Below are positions 1-12,010 of a DNA stretch of 64,000 bases, in pieces; within the stretch, counting starts at the first letter, position 1, and each line of letters starts with the position of its first letter. The notes beneath the pieces were generated by a model. The model had not been told where the DNA came from. It did no database searches and worked only from the letters and a program-made list of their open reading frames with translations. The position numbers and the translations under genes are program-made. The stretch lies in assembly GCF_006345805.1 (NCBI RefSeq), contig NC_043016.1, positions 32,426,001 to 32,490,000 of the forward strand. Reading direction: 5' to 3'. Source of the DNA: Octopus sinensis (taxonomy: Eukaryota).

Positions 1-280
1 GCTCTGCTCTGATATTTCTCAATTTTCGAAACTTTTTTGGTATCCACCCTATCCATAATCTTCATCCATCATCATCATCATTATCATCATCATTATTTAA
101 CATCCGCTTTCCATTTAGAATAAGTACTAGGTTTAAGAAAAAAAATGATACTGGATTTGATTCTTTCAACTAAAATTCTTCAAAGTGGTGCCCCAGCATG
201 GCCACAATCTAATGACTGAAACAAGTAAAAAAAAAATTGAAGATAAAAAATAACCATCAGAGTAACTTGGGTCTTATGAC

Positions 281-1348
281 ATATGAAACAAGGGTTAAAG
301 AATGATATGAAATAGGGGTTAAAGATAGTAAGAAACATGGGTAAAAGAATGATAGCAAACAAGGGTTAAAGAATGGTAGGAAACAAGGATTAAAGAATGA
401 TAGGAAACAAGGGCTAAAGAATGGTAGGAAACAAGGGTTAAAGAATGATGAGAAACAAGGGTTAAAGAATGATATGAAACAAGGGTTAAAGAATGGTAGG
501 AAACAAGGGTTAAAGAATGATGAGAAACAAGGGTTAAAGAATGATATGAAACAAGGGTTAAAGAATGGTAGGAAACAGGGTTAAAGAATGGTAGGAAATA
601 AGGGTTAAAGAATGATGAGAAACAAGGGTTAAGAATGATATGAAACAAGGTTAAAGAATGGTAGGAAACAAGGGTTAAAGAATGATGAGAAACAAGGGTT
701 AAAGAATGATATGAAACAAGGGTTAAAGAATGGTAGGAAACAAGGGTTAAAGAATGGTAGGAAATAAGGGTTAAAGAATGGTAGGAAACAAGTGTTAAAG
801 AATGGTAGGAAACAAGGGTTAAAGAATGGTGAGAAACAAGGGTTAAAGAATGGTGAGAAACAAGGGTTAAAGAATGGTAGGAAACAAGTGTTAAAGAATG
901 GTAGGAAACAAGGGTTAAAGAATGGTGAGAAACAAGGGTTAAAGAATGATGAGAAACAAGGGTTAGAGAATGGTGAGAAACAAGGGTTAAAGAATGGTAG
1001 GAAACAAGTGTTAAAGAATGGTAGGAAACAAGTGTTAAAGAATGGTAGGAAACAAGGGTTAAAGAATGATGAGAAACAAAGGTTAAAGAATGATATGAAA
1101 CAAGGGTTAAAGAATGGTAGGAAACAAGGGTTAAAGAATGATAGCAAACAAGGGTTAAAGAATGATATGAAACAAGGGTTAAAGAATGGTAGGAAACAAG
1201 AGTTAAAGAATGGTGAGAAACAAAGGTTAAGAATGATAGGAAACAAGGGTTAAAGAAAGGTAGGAACAAGGATTAAAGAATGATATGAAACAAGGGTTAA
1301 AGAATGGTGAGAAACAAGGGTTAAAGAATGGTAGGAAACAAGGGTTAA
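281..1348. repeat. 24-bp minisatellite (aaacaagggttaaagaat + variable hexamer ggtagg/gatgag/gatatg/ggtgag), about 44 units
   Basis: Direct reading of tandem units. It explains the KQGLKNGR, VSYHSLTL and FFNPCFLP ORFs. Confidence 0.95.
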
Positions 1349-1377
1349 CTAATACTCTGCTAACAAGAATAGACATT

Positions 1378-1477
1378 NNNNNNNNNNNNNNNNNNNNNNN
1401 NNNNNNNNNNNNNNNNNNNNNNNNNNNNNNNNNNNNNNNNNNNNNNNNNNNNNNNNNNNNNNNNNNNNNNNNNNNNN
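1378..1477. other. Assembly gap (100 N)
   Basis: Run of N. Confidence 1.
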
Positions 1478-1611
1478 ATTAATTGTTGCTGTTGTTGTAA
1501 TACTTGCATCTGCAACTCCTGTGGTTGTTCCTGTTGCTTCACTTGAAGATGTATTACTGCAGCTAATAGAGTCTCCATAATTTAACAATTTGCATGATGC
1601 ACAAGTTAGTG

Positions 1612-1995
1612 CAGGAATGGCTGTGTGGTAAGAAGCTTGCTTCCCAACCACACAGTTCTGGATTTAGTCCCACTTCATGGCACCATGGGCAAGGGTCTTC
1701 TACTACAGCCCCGGGTCGACCAAAGCCTTGTGAGTGGATTTTGTAGACGGAAACTGAAAGAAGGTGGTGAACCGGCAGAAACTTTAGCCTGCCAGGCAAA
1801 ATGCTTAGTGGTATTTTGTCTGTCTTTACGTTCTGAGTTCAAATTCTGCCTAGGTTGACTTTGCCTTTCATCCTTTTGGGGTCGATAATTAAGTTCCAGT
1901 TACGCACTGAGATCGATGTAATCGACTTAATCCTTTTGTCTGTCCTTGTTTGTCCCCTCTATATATAACCCCTTGTGGGAAATAAAGAAATAAGT
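1612..1995 (+). mobile_element. Two adjacent tRNA-derived SINE pieces: family A head (gcaggaatggctgtgtggtaag...) followed by family B (gaaccggcagaaactttagc...gggaaataaagaaata)
   Basis: Both sequences recur many times in the window and have A/B-box-like heads (tggctgtgtggtaag; ggttcagtccc / gagttcaaattc). Confidence 0.8.
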
Positions 1996-2013
1996 AACTG
2001 AAAGAAGCCTGTC

Positions 2014-2065
<52 letters not shown>

Positions 2066-2159
2066 TTGGTAACCAATGTTGGAGTGTTTATGTCCCTGTG
2101 ACTTAGTGTTACTTATTCTAATAGAATAATTACTAGGCTTACAAAATATAAGTCTGGGG

Positions 2160-3595
2160 AGCCAGGGGCTGCCCCAAGCTCCAGTCTGATCTGGCAGTGT
2201 TTCTACAGCTGGATGCCCTTCCTAACGCCAACCACTCCGCGAGTGTAGTGGGTGCTTTTTACGTGCCACCTGCACAGGTGCCAGAGGGGTCTAGCATCGG
2301 CCACGTTCAGATGGTGCTTTTTATGTGCCACCGGCACAGACCATTCGAGGCAGGGTTGGCATCGGTCACGTTCGGATGGTGCTTTTTATGTGCCACCGGC
2401 ACAGAAGCCAGTGGAGGCTGCACTGGCAATGGCCACGTTCGGATGATGCTTTTTATGTGTCACCGGCACAGGTATCACAACTACTGTTTCCATTGATATT
2501 TGGTTCGATGTTCATGTACATGCACTGACTCAACAGGTCTCTCAAGCACAGCGAGATGTCCAGGATCCCACAATCGTTTGGTGCTTTTTATGTGCCACCG
2601 GCACAGAAGCCAGTCGAGGTGGTGCTGGCGTCGGCCACGCTCGGATGGTGCTTTTTATGTGCCACCGGCACAGAAGCCAGTCGGAGCGGTGCTGGCATCA
2701 GCCACGTTCGGATGGTGCTTTTTTATGTGCCTCCGGCACAGAATCCATTCGAGGCGGGGTTGGCATTGGTCCACGTTCGGATAGTGCTTTTTGTGTGCCA
2801 CCGGCACAGAAGCCAGTCGAGGCTGCATTGGCAATGGCCACGTTCGGATGGTGCTTTTTATGTGTCACCGGCACAGGTATCACAGCTACTGTTTCCATTG
2901 GTATTTGGTTCGATGTTCATGTATATGCACTTGACTCAACAGGTCTCCTCAAGCACAGCGAGATGTTCCAGGATCCAAGGTACTTTGGATGGGCAGGGGC
3001 TATGCGGAACTGGTGCCGGAAGCAGCCCGGGTCTTAGTAGTCACAGCACATCTCCAGAGATCTCAGTCCTTCGCCATTGCCTCAGTGAGGCCCAACGCTC
3101 TGAGGTCATGCTTGACTACCTCATCCCATGTCTTCCTGGGTCTACCTCTCCCCCTGATTCCTTCAACTGTTCGGGAGTGGCGCTTCTTCACACATCTCTC
3201 CTCATCCATCCACAGTACATGACCATACCATCGCAAGCGTTGCTCTTGCACACCGCATCTGATGCTTCTTATGCCTAGCATTTCTCTCAGGGTGCTTACA
3301 CTGTCGTGCATTCACACTGACATTACACATCCAGCGGATCATGCTAGCTTCATTTCTTTCAAGTCTACGCATGTCCTCTGCAGTCACGGCCCATCTTTCA
3401 CTGCCGTGAAGCATGGCAGTTCGCACACATGCATCATACAATCTACCTTTCACTCTGAGTGAGAGACCCTTTGTCGCCAGTAGGAGTAGGAGCTTTCTAA
3501 ACTTTGCCAGGCTATTCGTATTCTAGTGGTGACACTTTCTGAGCATCCACCCCCACTACTAACTTGGTCACCCAGGTAGCGGAAACTATCAACTA
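2160..3595 (-). mobile_element. 5'-truncated RTE-clade LINE: RT C-terminus plus 3' UTR with about 52-56 bp tandem repeats
   Basis: Frameshifted ORFs 3202..3453 and 3063..3311 read KGRLYDACVRTAMLHGSE, RLRWYGHVLWM and RGRGRPRKTW, which are typical RTE RT C-terminal motifs. Confidence 0.9.
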
Positions 3596-4001
3596 CTTCT
3601 AGTTTCTTATAGTTCAAATTCTGCTGAGAACAATTTTGCCTTTCATCCTTTCAAGGTCGATAAAATAATTGCCAATTAAGTACTGGGGTTGATATAATCG
3701 ACTTACCCCTCCCCAAACTTTCTGGCCTTGTGCCAAAATTTGAAAGCAATATTAGTAGAAACACTGTTGGGCAGCAAGCTGGCTGAATTGTTAAGCATGC
3801 CAGGCAAAATGCTTAGTGGCATTTCGTCCCTCTTTACGTTCTGAGTTCAAATTCTGCCATGGTCGACTTTGCCTTTCATCCTTTGGTGGGGGGGGGGTAA
3901 TAAAATATTTACCTGTTGAGCACTGAGGTCAATGTAATCAACTTACCCCACCTTCAAAATTGCTGGCTCTGTGCCTACAAGGGAAAGGATTATTATTATT
4001 A

Positions 4002-4047
<46 letters not shown>

Positions 4048-4121
4048 CATTTACTTTTAATCAGCATTTTTGTTACAATCACTTGCCAAGACACACCCAG
4101 CATCCTAAGGTGAGTGAAGGA

Positions 4122-4179
<58 letters not shown>

Positions 4180-4394
4180 TTCATTATCATCTTTCTATTC
4201 TGTTTCTATTTCTTGCAGAGTATCTTCCTGACACCTAGGGCAGAGAAACTCATTGTCTACATTGGCAGACCATTAAAATAAACACGTCAAATTGTCCATT
4301 TACAAAGTCATGTGATACAATAAAAGGGAAAGAAAGACAGAGAGAAAAAATAAAAAATAAAAAAGTAAAAGAAAATAAAGGGGAAAAATGGAAT

Positions 4395-4864
4395 GAAAAT
4401 TCACAGTGACAATGTTCTTTTCAATACATGTGATGTAACAGTTATGACAATCTTTTGCATTTCCTGCATGGAAGGAAAGTCAGGGATCATTCTTAAATAC
4501 TTTTCAGTTCCTTTTTTGATCATTCCAAGTGCTCCTACAATCACTGGTATTGTAACCATCTTGAGAGGCCACATCTTTTCGATTTCGATTAGCAAATCTT
4601 TATATTTTCTGAGTTTATCAAATTCTTTTACTGAGATATTATGGTCACAGGGTATAATAGACTCATGTCAATCAATAAACAGACTTAATTGTTTTGGTCT
4701 TTTACAACAATACCTGGTTTGTTTCTTTGATGGCTATTATTATTATTTTATTGTCTTTGCTCAGCTTCTAACACTGGAGATGTACTATGGTGTCAGCTGT
4801 TCACTACCATCCGGAGTATTTGTGCAGTTTCAAGCAGTGCTGCTTATTATCATTATTATTATTA

Positions 4865-4916
<52 letters not shown>

Positions 4917-5045
4917 TTATTGTCTTTGCACAGCTTCTAATGCTGGAGCTCTACTACAGTGTTAGCTGTTCACTACCAATGAACTAAGGTAACACCTCTT
5001 ATTTTTCGAGCACCTTCCAGAGCGGTTCCAAGCAGTGCTGTTTAT
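4395..5045 (-). mobile_element. Fragments of restriction-like-endonuclease (R4/Dong-like) non-LTR retrotransposon 3' ends with (TAA)n tails
   Basis: IEIEKMWPLKMVTIPVIVGALGMI at 4401-4595. TALLGT-like motif at about 5000-5045. The duplicated 3' UTR is followed by (TAA)n on the minus strand. Confidence 0.7.
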
Positions 5046-5582
5046 TATTATTATTATTATTATTAAGGCAGCAAGTTGGCAGAATTGTTGGCATGCTGAA
5101 AAAAATGTTTAGCAATATTTCATCTGACTTTTACATCCTAAGTTCAAATTCTGCCATCTTTGATTTTCATCCTTTTGGGGGGTCAATAAAATAAGTATGA
5201 GCTGAACTCTGGGATTCAATATAATCGATTTAACCCCACCCCCAGCCATCCATCCAAAATTGCTGGCTTTGTGCCAAAATTTAAAGTCAATTTTACTAAA
5301 AGCACTTTGATTCAAAATTTCTAGAAGTCCAATATTCCTTAGCACTTCCACCAGGAACACAAGATACAAGTGACGCCCTCTGCACTTGATTTGTTCAGCC
5401 ATGAACCAATTAATTATGCTTTTTTTATTTACAGAACTTTACCATGTCCAAGGAAAATATAAGGAAAGTTCTGTTCTGATATTCAACTTGGTGCATCCAG
5501 GCAAAGGAAAACTTCTCATGTCACCCATTCTCTTTGCTAAACACAAAACTGTATATGACCAAATAGGCCATCTCATTTCTTG

Positions 5583-5613
<31 letters not shown>

Positions 5614-5694
5614 GGTCCGGGTTGAGTCAGGGTTAACCACAGTAAATAAGGTACTCAATACATAGCAGAGTAAAGTAATTTATTTTATAGAAGG

Positions 5695-5745
5695 AGCTTC
5701 TACAGGACTAGAGCTGTTTCATTTAGATGAAATCTTCAGGAAGCT
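5695..5745 (-). ncRNA. Mirror-image hammerhead on the opposite arm; stem II weakened by one substitution
   Basis: Reverse complement of the plus-strand copy except atctgaat->atctaaat. Confidence 0.6.
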
Positions 5746-5792
5746 TCCTGAAGATTTCATCTGAATGAAACAGCTCTAGTCCTGTAGAAGCT
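5742..5792 (+). ncRNA. Type I hammerhead ribozyme fold
   Basis: Stem I AGCTTC(5742-47)/GAAGCT(5787-92); core CTGAAGA 5748-54; stem II T-TTC-atct-GAA-T; GAAA 5767-70; stem III ACAG/CTGT; cleavage triplet GTA ending at 5786. Confidence 0.75.
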
Positions 5793-5803
5793 CCTTCTAT
5801 AAA

Positions 5804-5842
<39 letters not shown>

Positions 5843-6261
5843 CTTACATACTTACATACATACATGCAAGCATATATACATACACATGTAAAAACATACA
5901 TACATGCATATATATACATATATACACACATATATAGGAGCAAACACAATAACACTGGCATACATATATACACACACAAATATATACATGCATAAATACA
6001 CACACACACACACATATACATGCATACATGAACACATACATACATATATGTGCATACATGCCAAAACACAGACAGACAGATACACACACACACACACACA
6101 TTCACAGACTTTGTGGTTCCATGATAGTGGCAGCATGGAACTCAAAGTGGGGATCAATGAAGACAGATTTTTCATTTGCAAACAGAAGAACAACACCAGG
6201 AAGAATACATGAAACAGATGACTAACACCCATGACTGTGCAGAGACTTTGATTTTCAGCTC

Positions 6262-6263
6262 AT

Positions 6264-6327
<64 letters not shown>

Positions 6328-6390
6328 GGTGGTGGTGGTGGTGGTGGTGGTGGTGGTGGTGGTGGTGGTGGTGGTGGTTGTGGTGGTAGC

Positions 6391-6444
<54 letters not shown>

Positions 6445-6664
6445 GGTGGTGGTGGTGGTGGTGGTGATGGTGGTTGTGGTGGTGTTGGCGGTGGCAGTAG
6501 CAGTGGTGGTAGTAGCAGTGGTAGTAGTAGTTGTAGTAGTAGTGGTGGTGGTGGTGTCAGTAGTAGTAGTGGTAGTAGTAGTAGTAGTAGTTGTTGTAGT
6601 AGTAGTTGTAGTAGTAGTTTTTGTAGTAGTTGTAGTAGTAGTAGTAGTTGTAGTAGTAGTTTTT

Positions 6665-6695
<31 letters not shown>

Positions 6696-6715
6696 CAGCA
6701 ACAGCAGCAATAGTA
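6262..6715. repeat. Compound (GTA)n/(GTG)n microsatellite
   Basis: Direct reading; source of the poly-T, poly-V and poly-L/P ORFs. Confidence 0.95.
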
Positions 6716-6896
6716 GGCAAAATGCTTAGCAACATTTCATCTGTCTTTATGTTCTGAGTTCAAATTCCACTGTGGTCGACTTTGACTTTCACCTTTTCGG
6801 GGTCAATAAGATAAGTACCAGTTGAGCATTGAGGTTGGTGTAATCACCTTACTCTCTCCATCAAAATTTCAGGCCTTGCGCCTTTAGTTGAAAGGA

Positions 6897-6949
<53 letters not shown>

Positions 6950-7249
6950 GTTTTTATTATTATAATTATTATTATTATTATTATTGTTATTATTATTATA
7001 ATTATTATTATTATTATTATCATTATTATTATTAAGGCGGCGAGCTGGAAGAAACGTTGGCACACCAAGCAAAATGATTAGCGGTATTTCCTCTGTCTTT
7101 ATGTTCTGAGTTCAAATTCTGCCAAGGTCGACTTTGCATTTCATCCTTTCAGGGTCAATAAATAAAGTACCAGTTGTGTACTGGGGTTAATCTAACCAAT
7201 TGGCCCCCTCCCCAAAGATTTTGGGCCTTGTGCCTAGAGTAGAAAAGAT

Positions 7250-8130
7250 TATTATTATTATTACTATAAACGTCACACAGTATACAATATTGTGAGGTTA
7301 TTAATTGAAGATATTTTGTCTACCAGGGGGTTTGTACTGTTTGTCAAGTCACAACAAGGACCTCAGACAGTCACTACTTTATGCAATATGTGTGCAGTTT
7401 CAAGTAATGCCAACCTTTGCAATACATCTTGGTTGTAGGGTAATTCTAAGGTTTTTAGATGTTTCATTTTCAGAACTGCAAGCATATTTTTCAGATTGGC
7501 TGGTACTGAACCCAATGCTCCGATGACAATAGGGATAACCTTTATGTTTGACTCTCGTAGCTTCCACATCTTAGCAATCTCAATTCTCAGGTCTCCATAT
7601 TTACTAACCTTTTCTCTTTCTTTCATGATGATATGTTGATCTCCTGGCACTGCCACATCGATTATCAGGCACTCTTGTTTCTCCCTCCTAAAGGTTACTA
7701 AATCCGGCCTTTGATGCTCTAACACCTTGTCTGTCTGGAAGTCAAAGTCCCAGAGGATTTTTGCCTTCCCCTTTTCGTTCCATTACCTTTTCTGGTGTAT
7801 GTTGGTACCAAGCACCTGTAACCTCATATCCATACTTACAGCATAGTAGTCAGTGGAGGTTTTGGGCTACCTTGCTGTATTTATGCTTGTACTCTTTCTG
7901 CACAAGACTTTCACAAACACTAACAATGTGAGTCACGCTTTCGACCTTCTTCCCACACATTCTGCTGAGATCTGTTGCACTCATGTAGTATACATGATTA
8001 GGCTTTCTGTCTTCTTTTTAGGTCACCCTTGCTGAACCATCTCCATGATGCTTCCTGCTCTTTTAATTTGTTGGTTTTATAGTGAAACTGAACATGTAAT
8101 TCCATACAGAGTTGGATTTCTTCTCTCTTA
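7250..8130 (-). mobile_element. R4/Dong-like non-LTR retrotransposon 3' fragment (Zn-knuckle + PD-D restriction-like endonuclease) with (TAA)n tail
   Basis: ORF 7363..7725: RPDLV...CLIIDVAVPGD...KEREKVSKY...PIVIGALG. Upstream frames give CRMCGKKVESVTHIVSVC and KILWDFDFQTD. The 3' end runs into taataataataat. Confidence 0.85.
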
Positions 8131-8245
8131 CTGGCTGTTTATTATTTTCATTATTATCCTCTTCTTTCTATTTTTCTTGAAAAGTGTCTTCACGACACCT
8201 AGTGCAAAGAGACTCATTATATACATTGGTAGGCCAAGAATGATT

Positions 8246-8276
<31 letters not shown>

Positions 8277-8800
8277 GTTTATTATTATTATTATTATTAT
8301 TATTAGTAGTAGTAGTAGTAGTAGTAGTATAGTAGTAGTAGTATAGTAATAGTAGTATAGTAGTAGTGGTGGTGGTGGGGTGGTGGGGATGATGGTGGTG
8401 GTGGTAATGGTAGTGGTTGTGGTGGTAGTAGTGGTGGAGGTGGTGGTGGTGGTGGTAATGGCGGTTGTGTAGTAGTAGTACTAGTAGTAATAGCTGTAGT
8501 GGTGGTTGTGGTGATGGTGGTAATGGTAGTGGTAGTAGTGGTGGTGGTGGTGATGGTAATAGTAGAAGTAGTAGTAGTAGTTGGCAGCAGCAGCAGCAGA
8601 TGTTAGCAACAGGGTGACCAACACATGAGTCAACAGGATTTATTGGTGGAGTCAACTGAAGGCACTCGAGTTTCAAAAATTATAGTCAATTAGAAAATAA
8701 AAGGGAAAAAAATGGAAATTTTTTTATTCTTCTTCCTGCTGCAAGAGATTCTGTGACACAGAAGAATTATTAGTATTATTATCTTATTATTATTATCTTA

Positions 8801-8846
<46 letters not shown>

Positions 8847-8885
8847 TATTATTATTATTATTACTATTATTATTATTATTATTAC

Positions 8886-8939
<54 letters not shown>

Positions 8940-9675
8940 CATTGTCATTTTATTACAAGTGGTACACTATAAATATGTTTTATACATTTTTATCTACAAT
9001 GTTTGATTGCATACACGTGCATATGTATATGTGTGTGTGTGTGTGGTATGTGCATGTATTTGTTTATTTGTAGGTGGGTGGTGGTGGTGGCGGTGATGGT
9101 GGTGGCAGTGATGGTAGTGGCGGCAGGTTTACTGTAAATAGTCTGTGTAAAGCATACAGCAATTTAAAGTGTCAGTGTGTTTGATATTAATTAGTTTGGT
9201 CTATTTTTATACACACGTTTTCTTTTTTTTTTTACTGCAACATAATGTTTATATCCTCTTTCCTTGCAGAGTTATATGAAACTCTGATGTCATGTTTATG
9301 GCATGACTTTGCAGTTAAGCAGCTTTCTTCACAACCATGTGGTTCCAGGTTCAGTCCCACTGTGTGGCATGTACACCTAAAGCAAATTTCATCCACTGCT
9401 GTCTCTGGCTGACCAATTCCTTGTGAGTGAAGAATTTGGTGTGGAAAAGCGGCAAGCTGGCAGAAGCGTTAATACACTGGCCGAAATGCTTAGCGGTATT
9501 TCGTCTGCCGTTACGTTCTGAGTTCAAATTCCGCTGAGGTCAACTTTGCCTTTCATCCTTTCGGGGTCAATAAATTAAGTACCAGTTATGCACTGGGGTC
9601 GATGTAATCAACTTAATCCCAATAAAGAAATAAAAAACAGTGTGGAAGCACTACACATATATATATATTATCTGC

Positions 9676-9925
9676 AGTGTATAGTATTATATATCCATCA
9701 CGGCTGATCTTACCAATCAGTTTTGCACTAGGGGTACTATATAACTTCATGCTCATCAGAGGTAGCCGATATAGAATGAAATATGACACCATATTTTATT
9801 CCATATCGGCTACCTCTGATGAGTGTAGGATTATATAATTGATTTGTTACCTAACACTCTGTAGTACTCCTAGCACGAAACCGATTGGTAAGATCAGCTG
9901 TGATGGATATGTGATACTGTACACT
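9676..9925. mobile_element. Inverted-repeat (Penelope pLTR-like) element with a hammerhead in the right arm and a decayed one in the left arm
   Basis: Arms atatccatcacggctgatcttaccaatcag / ccgattggtaagatcagctgtgatggatat and gctcatcagaggtagccgatat / atatcggctacctctgatgag. Confidence 0.8.
9801..9906 (+). ncRNA. Type I hammerhead ribozyme fold with long stem II loop
   Basis: Core CTGATGA 9816-22; stem II GTGTAGGA/TCCTA(G)CAC; GAAA 9877-80; stem III ACC-gatt-GGT; triplet GTA ending at 9890; long imperfect stem I 9801-15/9891-9906. Confidence 0.7.
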
Positions 9926-10781
9926 TTGGATAACATACCCACTCTATTGACAGATATATGAGTGCATAGAGAAAGAAAGAGAGAGAGAGAGAAACAGTGA
10001 TGCAGATAAACACACTTGAGCTTACTATATAAAATACACATATATACATATATCCATGTATATATAAATGTAGGAATATATTATATAGAAAGAGATAAAA
10101 ACAAACACTGAAAATAGTCATCTATAAGCATGTAGATATTTGTATATTTATAGAACAAATTTACATGCAGTACAAAAATATGCTGAAAACTAAGGGGAGG
10201 GGGCACGGAATTTCAAGTCCAACAGCTGTTTCTGGGGGGCTCAGAATTATGTAATAGTCAACCCAGTGTATACTTGATGCATACATATGTGAAAGACGAA
10301 GAGAGAAAGTGAGGTTGATGGGAGGGGAAAGGGAGAGAGAGAAAGCGGTTGGTGGGAATGGGGAAGGGAGAGAAAGGAAGAGAGAAGGAAGTGTATAAAG
10401 AGAGAAGTGTATAAAGTTGGACTTGTAACAAATGCTTCGTTGATAACATGTGTACAACCCTAAATCTTTGGGATTAGAAATGACATCTTTTATCTTGTTT
10501 TTCTTTTTGAATCTTTTTATTTTACTTGTTCCAATCAATGATCCATGGCCATGCTGGGATACCAGTTTTAAAGGCTTTTAGTTGAACAGATCAATTCCAC
10601 TACTTATTCCACTGGTCTTTTTCTTTTTCTCTTTTTTTTATATACACGTAGGTGCAAACTTCCCAACCACAAGTCTCCAGGTTCAGTCCCACTGCATGGC
10701 ACCTTGGGCAGGTGTTTTCTACTATAGCCTTGGACTGACCAGAGCCTTGTGTGTGGATATGGTAGATGGAAACTGAAAGAA

Positions 10782-10872
<91 letters not shown>

Positions 10873-11003
10873 GAGAGAAAGGTTGAGTTCTATTTCATCC
10901 TTTACTTTGGTGGGTTCCAAAAGTCGATTTCTTATAAAGATTCTTCATATTTCAATGGTAACTTACTGTTGTAAGAATTTTTCGAATATGAAAATGCTAC
11001 AAA

Positions 11004-11445
11004 TATAAGGTGTGTTATGAGTATTTATAGAACAAATATCCTATAGAAACTCAACAAGCTATTAAAGATGGAGAAGAGAAGATGTTAAAAATTTTTAAAG
11101 AATTTAATCTATGCATACGATCATTTTGAATGGTAATATTAACATGAAAATAACATGGTAAAAAAAATCAGAAATTAATTTAATTATAATTGAATTAATT
11201 TCTAATTTTATTTACCATGTTATTTACATGTTAATATTACCATTCAAAACAGTAATATTTAATTATAATTGAATCAATTTCTAATTTTTTTTACCATGTT
11301 ATTTATATGTTAATATTAACTTTCGAAACAATCATATGCATGAATTAAATTCTTTTAAAACTTTTAACACCTCTTCTCCATCTTTAATAGTTTGTTGAGT
11401 TTCTATAGGATATGTGTTCTATAAATGCTCATAACACACCTTATA
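11004..11445. mobile_element. AT-rich foldback element / MITE with about 185-bp inverted arms and an extra internal partial arm
   Basis: tataaggtgtgttatgag...ctatagaaactcaac matches gttgagtttctatagg...ctcataacacaccttata. TA at both ends suggests the Tc1/mariner type. Confidence 0.8.
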
Positions 11446-11589
11446 TATAAATATACGCATCCTTTTCCAAGTTTTATCTTGTTCTTCTTTTCTGTTTTTC
11501 TCTCTCACCTTTCCCTATTCTTCTCCTCTCCCCTTCACTGTTCCCTCTCTCTCTCTCACTCTTCCTCCTTGACTCTCTTGTTGCTCACA

Positions 11590-12010
11590 CATGACCAACG
11601 GCCATCCATCTTTCTTTCTTCCACTTCCTTCCTAGAGACTTGATGTGCTTTTATCTGTCTCTTCTCAAAGCTCAATTTTCCATCATTCATCACCTCACAT
11701 CGTCTTGGCTTAACAACCCTCACCGTTTGTTTTTACTGTTTTGTTCTCACTGTCCTGTTTTTGTTACCACTTTCACCCTCTGCAAAAAATCCCAAATTTT
11801 ATTTAATTTGCTTTGCGGGAAGGACTGTTTTAATGAAATCGCATATTGTCCTTACCTTCAAAATGCAGAATAGATAAAACAGGGACAACTGATGAAGGGA
11901 ATATTCTTTATGTTGTATGTCTCATGTTTGTTTTCTTTTCGTTGTACGAAAAAAAGTTCATTTTCTATGTTTTTGTTTCTCATTGTGTCTACGTCTTTTT
12001 GATGTCCTGT
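11590..12010 (+). mobile_element. Possible decayed Penelope-like 3' end
   Basis: LLKAQFSIIHHLTSSWLN loosely resembles the GIY-YIG C-terminal ..GLN motif. It is followed by hammerhead-like remnants (ggaaggactg...gaaatcgcat; ctgatgaaggga) that do not form a complete fold. Confidence 0.3.

Larger units (their letters stand above)
5611..5809. mobile_element. Small non-coding hammerhead-bearing element inside (TA)n; contains a 132-bp palindrome (5678-5809)
   Basis: Arms are complementary about the centre aag|ctt (5743/5744) with one mismatch (5724/5763). (TA)n lies on both sides. Confidence 0.85.

Noticed and set aside
319-1269. Long ORFs (316, 205 and 153 aa) with repeating 8-aa motifs
   Set aside because: They are translations of the 24-bp minisatellite, and units with 1-bp deletions break the frames.
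281-1348. CRISPR-like or telomeric array
   Set aside because: There are no unique spacers. There is only one GGGTTA per 24-bp unit, not tandem TTAGGG.
1480-1610. ORF METLLAAVIHLQVKQQEQPQELQMQVLQQQQQ (minus), reminiscent of a Gag-like N-terminus
   Set aside because: Too short, runs into the gap, and has no diagnostic motif.
5386-5583. Non-repetitive 65-aa ORF with an upstream acceptor-like tttatttacag
   Set aside because: No recognisable domain in any frame and no convincing donor site.
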